64,000 nt of DNA, from contig CAWGMQ010000004.1 in NCBI GenBank assembly GCA_963823665.1, positions 1,184,001 through 1,248,000 of the forward strand, written 5' to 3'. Position 1 is the stretch's first letter. Every line of letters begins with the position of its first letter. This document shows, one piece after another, positions 53,305 to 64,000 of the stretch. The notes under the pieces are model-generated. The model was not told where the DNA came from. It made no database searches and was given only the letters and a program-made list of their open reading frames with translations. The translations under genes were made by a program, and so were the position numbers. Source of the stretch: an uncultured Planctomycetota bacterium (lineage in GTDB: Bacteria > Planctomycetota > Planctomycetia > Isosphaerales > Isosphaeraceae).

Positions 53305-53916
53305 TCAGACGGGCGCGTCTCCGTGCGGATTGAGCTCGTGGTAGAGCCAGGCGCGTGCATAGACCCAGTGGCGATTGGCGGTGCGGAGCGAGACACCCAT
53401 GACCGAGGCAGCCCGAAGCGTTGTAAGCCCCCCGAAATAGCGCAGCTTCACGATCTGGGCAGCGGCCGGCTCTTCCTGTGCCAGGCGGTCGAGGGCCTCG
53501 TCAAGCGCCAGCACGTCGTGTGCCGCCCCTTCACCGGCCGGCACGAGCCGCTCGAGCTCGAGGCCGACACGCGCTCGCCCACCGCCGTGCCTTAGCCGCC
53601 GCTTCCGCCTGGCGTTCTCGACGAGGATCCGCCGCATCGCTTCGGCCGCCGCGGCAAAAAAGTGTCCGCGACCATCCCATGGCTTCTCGGGATCGGACCC
53701 GACTAGACGTAGATACGCCTCGTGGACGAGCGCCGTGGCCTGGAGCGTTTGGCCCGCCGCCTCCTGGGCCAACCGGACGGCGGCGAGCCGGCGCAGCTCG
53801 TCATAGACGAGCGGTAAGAGCTGCTCGGCCGCGCGCGGCTCGCCGTTCAAGACGGCATCGAGCGCCCGCGTGACTTCCGTGCTTGCGGGTTCGTGGTCTT
53901 TCCGCGTGGGCGCCAT
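53305..53916 (-). CDS. ECF sigma factor, TIGR02999/ECF43-like
   Basis: LLPLVYDELRRLA, TLQATALVHEAYLRL, W..ARAWL. Confidence 0.92.
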   Translation of the reverse strand: MAPTRKDHEPASTEVTRALDAVLNGEPRAAEQLLPLVYDELRRLAAVRLAQEAAGQTLQATALVHEAYLRLVGSDPEKPWDGRGHFFAAAAEAMRRILVENARRKRRLRHGGGRARVGLELERLVPAGEGAAHDVLALDEALDRLAQEEPAAAQIVKLRYFGGLTTLRAASVMGVSLRTANRHWVYARAWLYHELNPHGDAPV

Positions 53917-54460
53917 GAAGAGGTATGAGATTCTCGATCTCACGTCCGGATTGTCAAAACTCAGCACAACTAGAATCCTTGACCGCAACGAGCAGCGATT
54001 ACCAACGTAGGGCCGGTACGAGCAGCCGGTCAAGGGCCCGCCTGAGAATGCTGATACCGTCCGGCACACCGCATCACGATGGGAAAATGTCATTGTTGCT
54101 GGTCGAAGCGCGGTTCATGCGGATCACGGTCGTGCCATCAAGAGCGAAACAACCCGTCCTTCGAGGGCTTCGAGCGCCGGCCGCCAGCGGTTGCCATGAG
54201 TTCGCCGCTTCCGACGCCAATCTCGATCGTCGCGGGTCGTAAGCTGACGGCTGTTCAATTGATACAACATTGCGGATGTGTCCTGAGATGGTGCCGCCTG
54301 CGAAAGCGAGGAGACGCGTATCGGACAGCCGATTCAGGACACAATGCGACGTGCCGAGGCGGGATGTGCCACGACGACCGATTTTTTTTGGCGGGAGCGG
54401 ATCCGAGCAAGGGAACCTGAACGCCGGCGCAACCTCGCTTACCTTCGAAGCCACTCGACT

Positions 54461-57400
54461 TTAGCGCGACCTGCGCAAACGATGCACTCGCTCCGAATCG
54501 AACAGGGAATCGACGGCCAATGCCGACAACGGCATCACGCGCATTTTCAATTCCACCCGGGCGCTAGCGATCTCTGACTTGTTCAGCGTCGCCGCGAAGT
54601 TGCCGCCGGGCGCGCCGTCGTCATTGCCATCAAGAGCGCGCCCGTACGAGTCCGTCAGATCGGCTGCGGTGATTCGCAGTTGCTCGGGCCCGGCAAGGTT
54701 GAACTGGCTCTTAGGTGCAAGAGTGACGGTGAGGGTCGACGGATTATAAACGGCCGACTCGAGCGGCACAGGTTTCTTGAAAGTCGTGACGTGTTTCTTC
54801 GTCGTGCCCGACAGAACCTCATAGGCGGCGAGATTGCCTGCGCCGCTCAAAGACCCGCTGAACTGAACTTCGAGCACTTTCTCTGCCTTCGTCTTGACCT
54901 TCTTGCCTTTGCCGACCTTCACCTTCATCGTCGCGAATTGAACCGACGTGACGGTTACCGGTGGCGGGATTGCGATCACCTGGGTCGTCGCCTCCGCCGC
55001 GGTCGGCGTCGATTGGATATGGCCCACGTTGTCGGTCGCCACGCTGTAGAAGGCATAGGTGTGGCCGGTGATGCCAGGGAAGGCGACCGAAGCCGTATAG
55101 CTTGATCCCGCGCCGAGCTCGGCAGAAATGCCCGCTTGGAAGAGCTTGAATGGACCGCCGTCGTCGGAGACGTAGAGGGCGAACGAGGCGATTCCTGAAC
55201 CGTGGGGGTCGTCGGCGCCCGTCATGTTCACGGTGAAGCTGTTCGACGTGGTCAAAAGGGGAAGCGGGCTGACGCTGCTCGTGGGTGGGCCGGTGTCGAT
55301 TGTGTTAGTCGCGGTCGGCGTGGCGAGCGGCGCGTTGGTGTCGAAGACGACGGAAGCTTGCGCGCTCAACGTCGTGCCCGTCGGATCCGACGCCTTGGGA
55401 TTGATGCTGTACGAAACGTAGGCGTCTCCCATGGGGGGGCTCTTGTCCGGTGGCAGAAAGCCCTCGAGCGAATTGGAGGGCGTGTCGAGCGTGGTGGGGT
55501 CAAGCGATGTGAAGGTCCACGTCACAAGGCCGGTGAGCGGATTGAGATCGGCCGCGATGCTCACCAAGACACCCACGCTGGCGGTTGCATCGACGACCGT
55601 CTGGTAAGAGGTGCGGCCTGGAGGAACTTGCACCGTGATGTTGCCGAAGCCGATGTCGCCGAGCCCGAAGGTGCTCCAGTCGAGGCCCGTGCTCAGTTGC
55701 TCGGTGACGACCGCTTGTTGCACAGGGGCGGTGGCGATGGGTTTATTCTCAAAATCAATGGTGTAGTTGAGCGTCTGGTTCGGCGTCACGAAGCCCTGGG
55801 AACCGTATCCGGCGGGGCCGATCAAGTCGTTGGGGTCGCTGCTGAAAAGACTGGCCAGGTAGGCGTCAAGCTTCTTCACGGCGGGTATCATGCCGATGAG
55901 TTTGCCAATGGAGTAACCGAGCCCTGAGGCGTTTTGGACACCGGAAATGCCCAAGCCTATGGGCCCGGCCAGCCTCCCGGCGGCGCCGAGCGCCCCCCCA
56001 AGTCGGCCTGCAGCGCCGGCGGCAGGTGCGGCGACCGCGCCAGCGGGTATGCGCGGCGGTGGTATTTCCGGCATCGGCGTCCCATGATAAGGATTGAATT
56101 CGCTCCAATACTTTTGCGGTCCGTAGATGTCCTCAAAATCCCAGTCATTGAACCAGACCGATCTCATCACGTAATCCGCGGAGTTGTAGGAGTAAAAACG
56201 ATTGCCGTTCACTGTCGCGCTCCAGAAACCCCCTGACGCGTCTGCATCATAACCAGTGAAAGGAGGCGGTCCGCTGACGGGACCGGACGCCTGGTCGCTA
56301 AGTCCGGAGGGATCAATGAAATCCGTGGGGCTAGCTCCAGCGTAACGGCGAATGTTCGTGTCCCCGCCCGCCAATCCCGATGGATCGTTCGAAGCGAATT
56401 GCCCCGTGGCGGGATCGTAATCGCGGTAACTCATGTGCAAGAGACCACCCGCGCCGGCCGACACGCCGAAATTGCCGATGAACGTGAATGGGTTGGCAAC
56501 CGTGCCGCTCGACGCAAGAAGCGATCCGAACGGGTTGTACGCGTAACTCGCGACAACCGAGCCGGTGGCATTCGTCATATCCGCTGTCGAACCGAGTGCG
56601 TCAAAGTCGTAGTAATAATTGCCGCTCGCAGTCACCTGGCTAACCAGACCAAGGCCGTATGTGTATTGAGCGATCGTGTTGCCGCTGCCGTCGAACGCGC
56701 CCACGACCGTGCCGAGCACGCCGCCGAATCCTGTCGGATCAACGAGGTATTGCGTGGTTTGTCCGTTCGTCGTCACGGAGCTGTGGTTACCGAGCGCGTC
56801 GTATGCATAAATCGTCGTTCCCGTCGGGGTCGTGACGCTGGTGAGCTCGTTGAGCGCGTTATACCTATAGCTGTTCGTGCCGTCGGAAATCAGGTTGCCA
56901 GCCGCGTCGTACGTATCGGTCGTGCCGCCGACGCTCGTGTACTCATTCACGTCGTTGCTGGTGTAGGTCGTGGTCACACCGTTAACAACAGTGCTGGTGC
57001 GATCGCCGGCCGCGTTGTAGGTGTAAGTCTGGTCCTGACTTGGCACGGACGGGTCAGTCGAATCGAGCACGGCCTGAATCAGCTCGCCATCGGGATCGTA
57101 TGTGTACGTCCACTCGCCGTACGAGGTCGTCATCGTTGCCACTTCGCCAACAGCGTTGTAGGTATACACAAAGCTGCTGTTCAAGCTCCCGGCGGGCGCG
57201 AAGTTCAGCACGCTCAGCACATTCCCATCGCCATCGTACGCGTATGTGGTGTACGTCCCATTGCCGTTGTCGGTGCGCGTCAACTCGTCGTCGGCGTTGT
57301 AGGTGTAGGTGACGATCGGGTTGCCGTTCGAATCCGTCAGCCCCGCGAGCTGGCCATCGGCGGTGTACTGGTAGTTGACCGTGTATCCCGTCTGGTCCAC

Positions 57401-60400
57401 CATCTGCGTTCGCCGCCCGGTGGCATCGAGAGTGAACTTGAGGAACTCTCCGTTCGGGTAGCTCACCTCGGTTAGCTCGTCTGCCGCGTTGTAAGTGAAT
57501 GTCGTCGTACCGCTCGCATCGGTCGCGGTGGCGAGGTTGCCGTGGGCATCGTAGGTGTATGTGTACACGGTGCCGTCGGACAAGGTCTCCTGGGTCATCT
57601 GGCCGCTCGCGTTGTAGACTGTGCTCACCGCTTCGCCGTCGGCGCTCACATACGAGATCGGCTCGCCCAGAGGGTTGAAAGTACTCGTCGACGTGGTCCC
57701 GTCGGGGAGCGTTGTCGTAAGCTGGTTGCCGGAGGAATCGTAAGCATACGTGGTCGTGTTGCCGCCTGCGTCGGTCATGGAGGTAATCTGGTTGTCGATG
57801 CCATACGTGTAGCTCGTGGTGTTGCCCGCCGGGTCGGTCACGCTAAGCAGGTTTCCCTCGGCGCTATAAGTGTAACTCTCGGTCTGGCCGAGAGAATTCG
57901 TCACCTGGGTCGGCAGCAGAGTCGCGGGATCGAAATCGATTGATGTGACCTTGCCGAGTGCGTCGACCTCTTTCGCGACCTCGCCAAACTCGTTGTAGTC
58001 GAGCTCGGTCGAGTTGCCGAGCGCATCCGTGACGGTGATCTGGCCGGGCGGCCCGTAAGTGAACGTTTCCTTCTCCGCACCGCCGTTGAGCGCGATGGTG
58101 GCGATGCGTCCCAGTGCGTCGTACGTCAGCACTTGCTGTGTGCCATCGGAGAGCGCGATCGACTGGAGCGCGCCAGCCGTTGGCGTTCCGGTCTGCTCGT
58201 TGTAGGTGTACTGCGTCGTTCCCTGCGGTGTGGTGACGCTCTGGAGGTGCTCTTCGGAAGCGTCGTACGCATAGGTCGCGACCCGCCCGTATGAATCGGT
58301 GACGCTCGATACCAGTCCCGCCGCGTTATAGGCAATCGCTAGGCTCTGACCGGAAGACGCGGTCAGGGTCGTCAAGCGGCCGTTCGAGTCATAGCCCGCG
58401 GTGATGCGATTCCCATTGGTATCTTTCTCGTATTCGAGCGTTCCGCCCGAATTGAAGACCTCGAGCGTGCCATCTTGCTCCTCGAGCTGAAGCCCGCCGC
58501 TGGACAATCTCGTCAATGTTCCAAAGTCGCCCGGCTGGCTCTGAAACGTGCCGCCAGGCAACAGCGTGAACGTGCGAATGGTGCCGGCGTAATCGACCGT
58601 CACGTTGCCAGAGGTGTCGGTACTGGCCACGATATCCCAGTCATCGCTCCAACCGAGTCCGAACGGCCCCAGGGCCTCGCGGCCGCTCAACGGCTGCATG
58701 AACGTGCGTGTGAAGTCGAGCGAAAGGCTGCCGGGCGTTGGAACAGAGGCGTCGGTCTGAGTGCCGAGCGTGGTGATCGGGAGCTCGGCATCGGCATTCA
58801 GGATTTCCTGGCTGAAGAGCGTGTCCACATCGTTCGTACGCTCGCCCAGCATGCCAAGGTACGTAGCAACCGAGTCGAGCGCGGATTGAAGCTGCCCTTC
58901 CGTCGTTCCGATCAAGGACTGGAGATTCGCCACGATCTGGCCCCAGGCTTCAGTCCCTGTGAACGCGGGCGGGCCGTCAGACTGAAAACCAGACCACTCG
59001 ACGTTTTGTGTGGGATCGACCGGACCGACGGAAAGATTGACCCCGGTCGAGCCCGTCAGCGATCCTTCGAGCACGAGCGTCTCGGACCCGCTCGCGCCGG
59101 GGGGCAGAACACCGGCGGGACCGGTCGGGTCAATTCCGAGGAAATCGACCGTGTTGCCGCTGAACGTGTCTTGCGATGCGAGACGCACCTGCACCGCGTC
59201 GGCCGAGAAGACCAGGATCGGCGCGGGGATGTCGGTCGCTCCCGTGTTCGCGTAGGTCACGGTCACTGGAGTTGGAACATTCGCGAATATTCCAACGGGT
59301 AGATTCATGTGGAGCCAGAGATTCCCCGGTGCGGCCGTGTTCACGGTGAACAGGGCCGAGGCCGTCGCATGGCTGCCGGCGCTCGAGGCCTGAACGTGGT
59401 ATGCACCAGGCGCAAGACCGCTCAGGTTAAACGTTGCAAATAGCGTGGAATCGTCCTGATCGATGACCTGACTGGCCGGCGTCGCCGCGCCGCCGATTGG
59501 GCTCACGAGACTGACGCTGGTGCTGGGCGTGAACTTGGAACCGTTCAGTGTGACGGTCGCCTGGCCTTGGTTGCTGTCGGAGGCGGGAGCGAAACTGAAG
59601 ATGCCGAATGACTGCACCGCGGCGGTGAGCGAATAACCAGCGCCCGAGCCCGAGGGCGCGCCGCCGCTCACCATGATGTAATACGTGCCGGTCTGGGTCC
59701 CCGGAATCGCGATCGTCTGTGTGGTCGACGTGGAGTTGAAAGCGTAGTCGTCGTAATCGGACGACGTGGGCTCGGCCTGGTAGAGCGCGAAGAGCCCGGC
59801 TCCGCCTGGGCTGGGCGTTGTGAGCGTCAGCGTCACGGCCGACCCGGCGGCCACGGCTAGCTGGTAGTAGACCTGCTCGCCGCTGCCAATGGTGCCCGAG
59901 ACTGCCGCGCCGGGCACAAGCGCATTGTTCTGCACGCTGATCTCGCTCGATGACGCGAGCACGCCGTTCGCGCGATTCGTGTCCGTGACCTGTCCCTGGC
60001 TGTCGGCGACCACGATCACGCGGTAGCTTCCCGCCGCCACGCCGGGCAGCGCGGCCGTGATCGTGCCTGTGTACGATCCGTCGCCTGCGACCGTGCCGCT
60101 GTGCCCAACACGTCCAATCAGCACGGCCGAGGGCGAGAGCGTGGTCGAGAGATAAACCGAGTCTTGCCAACTCGTCACGTTCGTGCTGCTCGGGTCTTCG
60201 TTCTCGACCGTGTAGGAAACGGTTGTATTCTGGCCGACGACACCGGTGGGCTGCACCATCACATTGGTGACGGCCAGGTTCGAGCCCGCGCCCTGACGAG
60301 TGACCGTAACATCGGTTGCGTTGACCGCGACGGCCAGAAGCTGGCCCGCGCCGGCCGAGGTGCGACTGATTGAGGCGAAGCTACCAGTCTCACCCGCGTC

Positions 60401-63066
60401 GGAGACGATCTGGAACGATTCACCGTTGGCCGGAACGAAACCGTTTGCCAGCGCCAGGCCAAGCGTGCCGCCGAGCGTGATCTGGCCGGTCGCCGTGAGC
60501 GTGCCAAAGTTGCCACTCGAGGAAGCGCCGCCGAACTTGACGTCGAGCGCGGCAGTAGATTCCTCGGTGAGAGCCCCGTTCACCCCCAGTGTCGCCGATG
60601 AGCCGAGGATGATCGTTCCGCTGTTGTCGAGATTGCCGGGCGTGGTGAACGACGCGCCATTCGAGAGCGTCAAGCTGCCGGATTCCGACGACAGAGATCC
60701 GAGCGCGGGAAAGCTGGCTGAAGTGCCGGCGAGAGTGATGTCCGCCTGGTTGGTTGCGATGGTGATGCCGGCGGGGAACAGCAGCGAGCCGCCATTGAGC
60801 AGATTCCAGGTGCCGCCGGTGAGCGTCGTTCCGGTCATCTGGGTGATCGGCGCGTTGGAGGGCGACGAGAAGTCGAGCGTGCCCGAATCGACCTGAACGA
60901 TACCGGTGTTGTTGAAAACCTGGATCGCCAGCGACGTCGTTCCCGTGCCGGCGGTCTTGGCGAAGGTGCCCTCGTTGTTGAGCTGACCGGTATGCAAGCT
61001 GTTGCCGGGCACGTCGCCGACGTCAAATGTGCCATAATTGTTGATCAGAGCATTGTTGAAGGCGAGCGTGCCGCCCGTCCAGTTGATCGTCCCGGCGTTG
61101 TCGAGCTCTCGCGACAGAATCTGGGTGCCGTTCCCGGTCAACGCGAGCGTGCCGCCGGAGGGAATGGTCGTCGTCCCGGTCCCTTGCATCTCGCCGCCGG
61201 TCCAGTCGAGCGTACCGGTGACCGTGAGATCGCCGGTTCCATCGACTGCCCCGTCCATCAAATCCAGCTCAGGCGCGATCAGATTGGTGTCGATCAACAG
61301 GTCGACAAATTCGCCGTCGACGACGAGGCTGCCGGCGCCCTGCCAGGCCGCCCCCGGGCCGATCGTGTAATTCTGTGTGCCGTTGGTGCTGATGTAGACC
61401 AGCGACGATCCTGCGGCAACGTCGAAGATACCGGTGTCGGTCCCGTCGTTGTAGAGCGTGATCGAGCCGGAGTTGATGTTGACGGTGCCCGTGTTATTGA
61501 AAAGGAAGGCAACGAAGCGGCTCGAGCCGGTGCCTGTGGGGCTAGTCTTTTCCAGGGTGCCCGCGTTGTTGACTTGGGGGCCGAACTGTTCGTCATTCTC
61601 GATGCTGAACGTGCCGCCGGAGAGATTGTCGAAGACCCCGCTGCCGCCGACGCCCTCGGTGCCCGACCAGGTTGCGGTCCCCGAGTTCTCCAGCGTGCGG
61701 TTGAGCTCGGGCGAAGCGCCGCGCCGGCAAATTCGAGCGTCGCCCCCGACGGAATCGTCGTCGTTCCGGTGCCTTGCATTGTGCCGCCGGTCCAGTCCAG
61801 TGTGCTGGTGATCGTCAAATCGGCCGTGCCGTCGACGGCTCCGTCCATCAGCTTCAGATCCGGAACGGTGAAATCGGTGTTGACCAGAAGGTCAACAAAT
61901 TGTCCGTCGATGTCCAGGCTGCCGGCGCCCTGCCAGGTGGCTCCCTGGGCGATCGTGTAGTTCTGCGTGCCGTTGGTGCTCGTGAAGTAGAGCGACGCGC
62001 CGGCGGCGACGTTGAATACGCCGGTGTCGGTGCCGTCGTTTTCGAGATCGATCGAGCCGGCATCCACGTCCACCGTGCCGGAGTTGTTGAAGAGGAACGC
62101 AGGGAAGTTGACCAAGCCTGTGCCCGAGGAGCTGGCCTTGACGAGCGTGCCTGCGTTGTTGACTTCCGGATCGAATTCGCCCGCATTGCCCATGGTGACC
62201 GTCGCCCCGGCGAGGTTGTTCAAGACGCCACTCCCCGCGACCCGCTCGGGCCCCGACCAGACGACGGTGCCGGAATTGTTGACCGTGGTGTTGAGCTCGC
62301 TCAAGTTTGAGCTGCTGCCGGAGATGTTCATGGTCGCGCCGGCGGCGACATCGACTGTGCCGGCTCCGGTGAGCGCTCCGCCGGATAATTTGAATGTGCC
62401 GGGGACCGTCAGGGCGTCATTGACTTGAATCGTCCCTTCTTCAAACGTCACGTTCTGGGGAGCGCTCATGCTCGTGTTGAAAACAAGGCTCGTGAAATAG
62501 CCGTTGATGTCGTAGTCACCGCCGCCCGAAAACGACGCACCGGCGTTGAAATCGACGGGGTTCTGGCCGTAGAAGCCCAGGGTGGCTCCGGTGCTGACGC
62601 CCACAGGCCCTGCAATCGACCCGCCGTTAATCACAGACAGCGCACCTTCTTGGACATCAAGACCGGCGCCCGGCGCGAGCATGAGCGAGCCGAAGGAGCT
62701 GTTCGCGGAGCCGGCATTCTCGATCGTGAACGTACCGCCGGTGACGTCGAACGTCTGAAACTGGTTGCCGATGATGCTGTTGACCGAGGCTGACCCGGTG
62801 ACGTCGATCGTCATTTCGCCGCCCAGCTCGATCTGGTCATTGACCCCGGGAATGCCGGGAGCGTTGTTGATTCCCTCCCAGTTGCTCGGAACGTCGAAAT
62901 CTCCCGAGGAGCCCCCGACCCACTGATTGACCGCCAGCAACCGCCGCTGCTCAAGAATCTCCACGCCGAACCGGAGCCGGCGCGCAGCGCGCTTGCGGGT
63001 GGCGCCATGGCGCTCGGGTGTCTTTGCGTTCGCGCGGTGCGTGTCGAAGCGGCCTTCAGGAAACAT
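54461..63066 (-). CDS. Giant exported RHS/YD-repeat protein (about 2860 aa, one frameshift near 61720)
   Basis: EILEQRRLLA export motif, beta-helix passenger-like repeats, CARDB- and PPC-like domains, YD repeats, RHS core ending DPSGL, DPND domain, LDGNDDGAPGGNF tail. Confidence 0.88.
61160..62060 (-). repeat. Intragenic duplication, period 590 bp
   Basis: GCCGGCGCCCTGCCAGG at 61331 and 61921; CCGGTGTCGGTSCCGTCGTT at 61431 and 62021. Confidence 0.8.
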
Positions 63067-63257
63067 GGATGTGGGTCCTGTCGGCGTATTGCGGCTCTTC
63101 TCGCAGTCCTCAACCAACGGCGACGAGTGCCTCCAATCGAGGTAAGCGAAGCGAACTTCGAGCTCGGACATCGCCCTGTCGAAAAAAATCCGATTCGTTC
63201 TTGGACGGCGAATCAGTATGATAGGATGGATGCAAAGGACCGGAGAAATCAGCGCAA

Positions 63258-63869
63258 ATGAGCGGCGATACCACCGCAGACGTTCGCGACCTGATCAAAC
63301 GGCTGGAACAGAACGAAGAGTCGGCCCGGCGCGCGCTCCTGGAGCGAGTGCACGAACGACTGAGGCGAATTGCCGCCGCGACACTGCGCAAGGAGTTTCC
63401 CCGGCTGCAAGCCCGGCATGAGCTGGGGAGCATCGTCGACGAGGCGTGGATGCGGCTGCTCCAGACTTTGGAGCAGCACCGGCCGGCGTCTCCGGAAGAC
63501 TTTTACGGGCTGATGTTTCACAAGGTGCGGCAGGTGCTGCTCGACCTGGCGCGGCGGCAGACGCGGGACGACAACCGTTGGCGGCAGCCGGCGCCCGGAG
63601 GGCTCGAATCGGGGACCGCGGCGGCGTTCGACGTCGCCGACTCGAGCCATGATCCGGTCCGGTTAGCGTTCTGGACCGAGTTTCACGATGAGGTGGCTCG
63701 CCTGCCCGATAACCAGCGTACCGTCTTCGACTTTCACTATTTCGCCGGGTTTCCCCAAAGCGAGATTGCGGTGCTGCTGAAGCTCGAGCCGAAGCAGGTG
63801 AGCCGCTTATGGCTATCGGCAACCCGGCGTCTTGCGCAGTGGTTGAGCGAGGTCGAGGAGCTTTCGTGA
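63258..63869 (+). CDS. ECF sigma factor
   Basis: ERLRRIA, IVDEAWMRL, RQVLLDLAR, region 4 LPDNQRTVFD...EIA. Confidence 0.88.
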   Translation: MSGDTTADVRDLIKRLEQNEESARRALLERVHERLRRIAAATLRKEFPRLQARHELGSIVDEAWMRLLQTLEQHRPASPEDFYGLMFHKVRQVLLDLARRQTRDDNRWRQPAPGGLESGTAAAFDVADSSHDPVRLAFWTEFHDEVARLPDNQRTVFDFHYFAGFPQSEIAVLLKLEPKQVSRLWLSATRRLAQWLSEVEELS

Positions 63870-64000
63870 TGGGGCGAGACGCATCATCGGACCCATTCGC
63901 GGAGAACGGCAGCGGGCCAGAGGCGCCGTCGGCCGTCACGGTTGAACTTCGCGCGCAAACGATGCCCGACCGAAAGATCGATGCCCTGAGCCCGACCGAC
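63869..64000 (+). CDS. 5' end of a gene coupled to the ECF sigma (possibly a kinase)
   Basis: TGATG overlap; open to the window end (MGRDASSDPF...). Product inferred only from context. Confidence 0.45.
   Translation, partial: MGRDASSDPFAENGSGPEAPSAVTVELRAQTMPDRKIDALSPTD

Overview
GC-rich bacterial DNA, most likely a planctomycete (Isosphaeraceae-like). This is inferred from DUF4058, the PWLPVEPDPP small protein, an LExRxLLA export motif, ASPIC/UnbV and several ECF sigma/Ser-Thr kinase pairs. Many genes carry short frameshifts that look like long-read indel errors, so pseudogene calls are cautious. Layout: (i) 1-1.7 kb, sulfatase plus spherulin-4-like gene; (ii) 1.8-4.7 kb, gene-poor field of repeated motifs; (iii) about 4.7-28.4 kb, accessory mosaic whose first 7 kb is punctuated by four co-oriented tRNA-Leu fragments bracketing small gene blocks and gene stumps, followed by an orphan kinase, an NDT/TIR-like gene, an ECF sigma-kinase-GH17 operon whose kinase sensor domain is paralogous to two modules of the glycosidase, and an apparently circularly permuted GHMP kinase divergent from an AAA + HExxH/VWA pair; (iv) 28.5-48 kb, core-like metabolic and transport genes (AKR/TetR, xfp, serine hydrolase, NtrC two-component system with a sigma54-driven transporter operon); (v) 48-64 kb, ECF/kinase-TPR module, a giant exported RHS protein with an internal cargo segment, and another ECF sigma. 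No CRISPR, rRNA, intact tRNA, integrase or transposase was recognised. All family calls come from motif recognition by eye, not from database searches.
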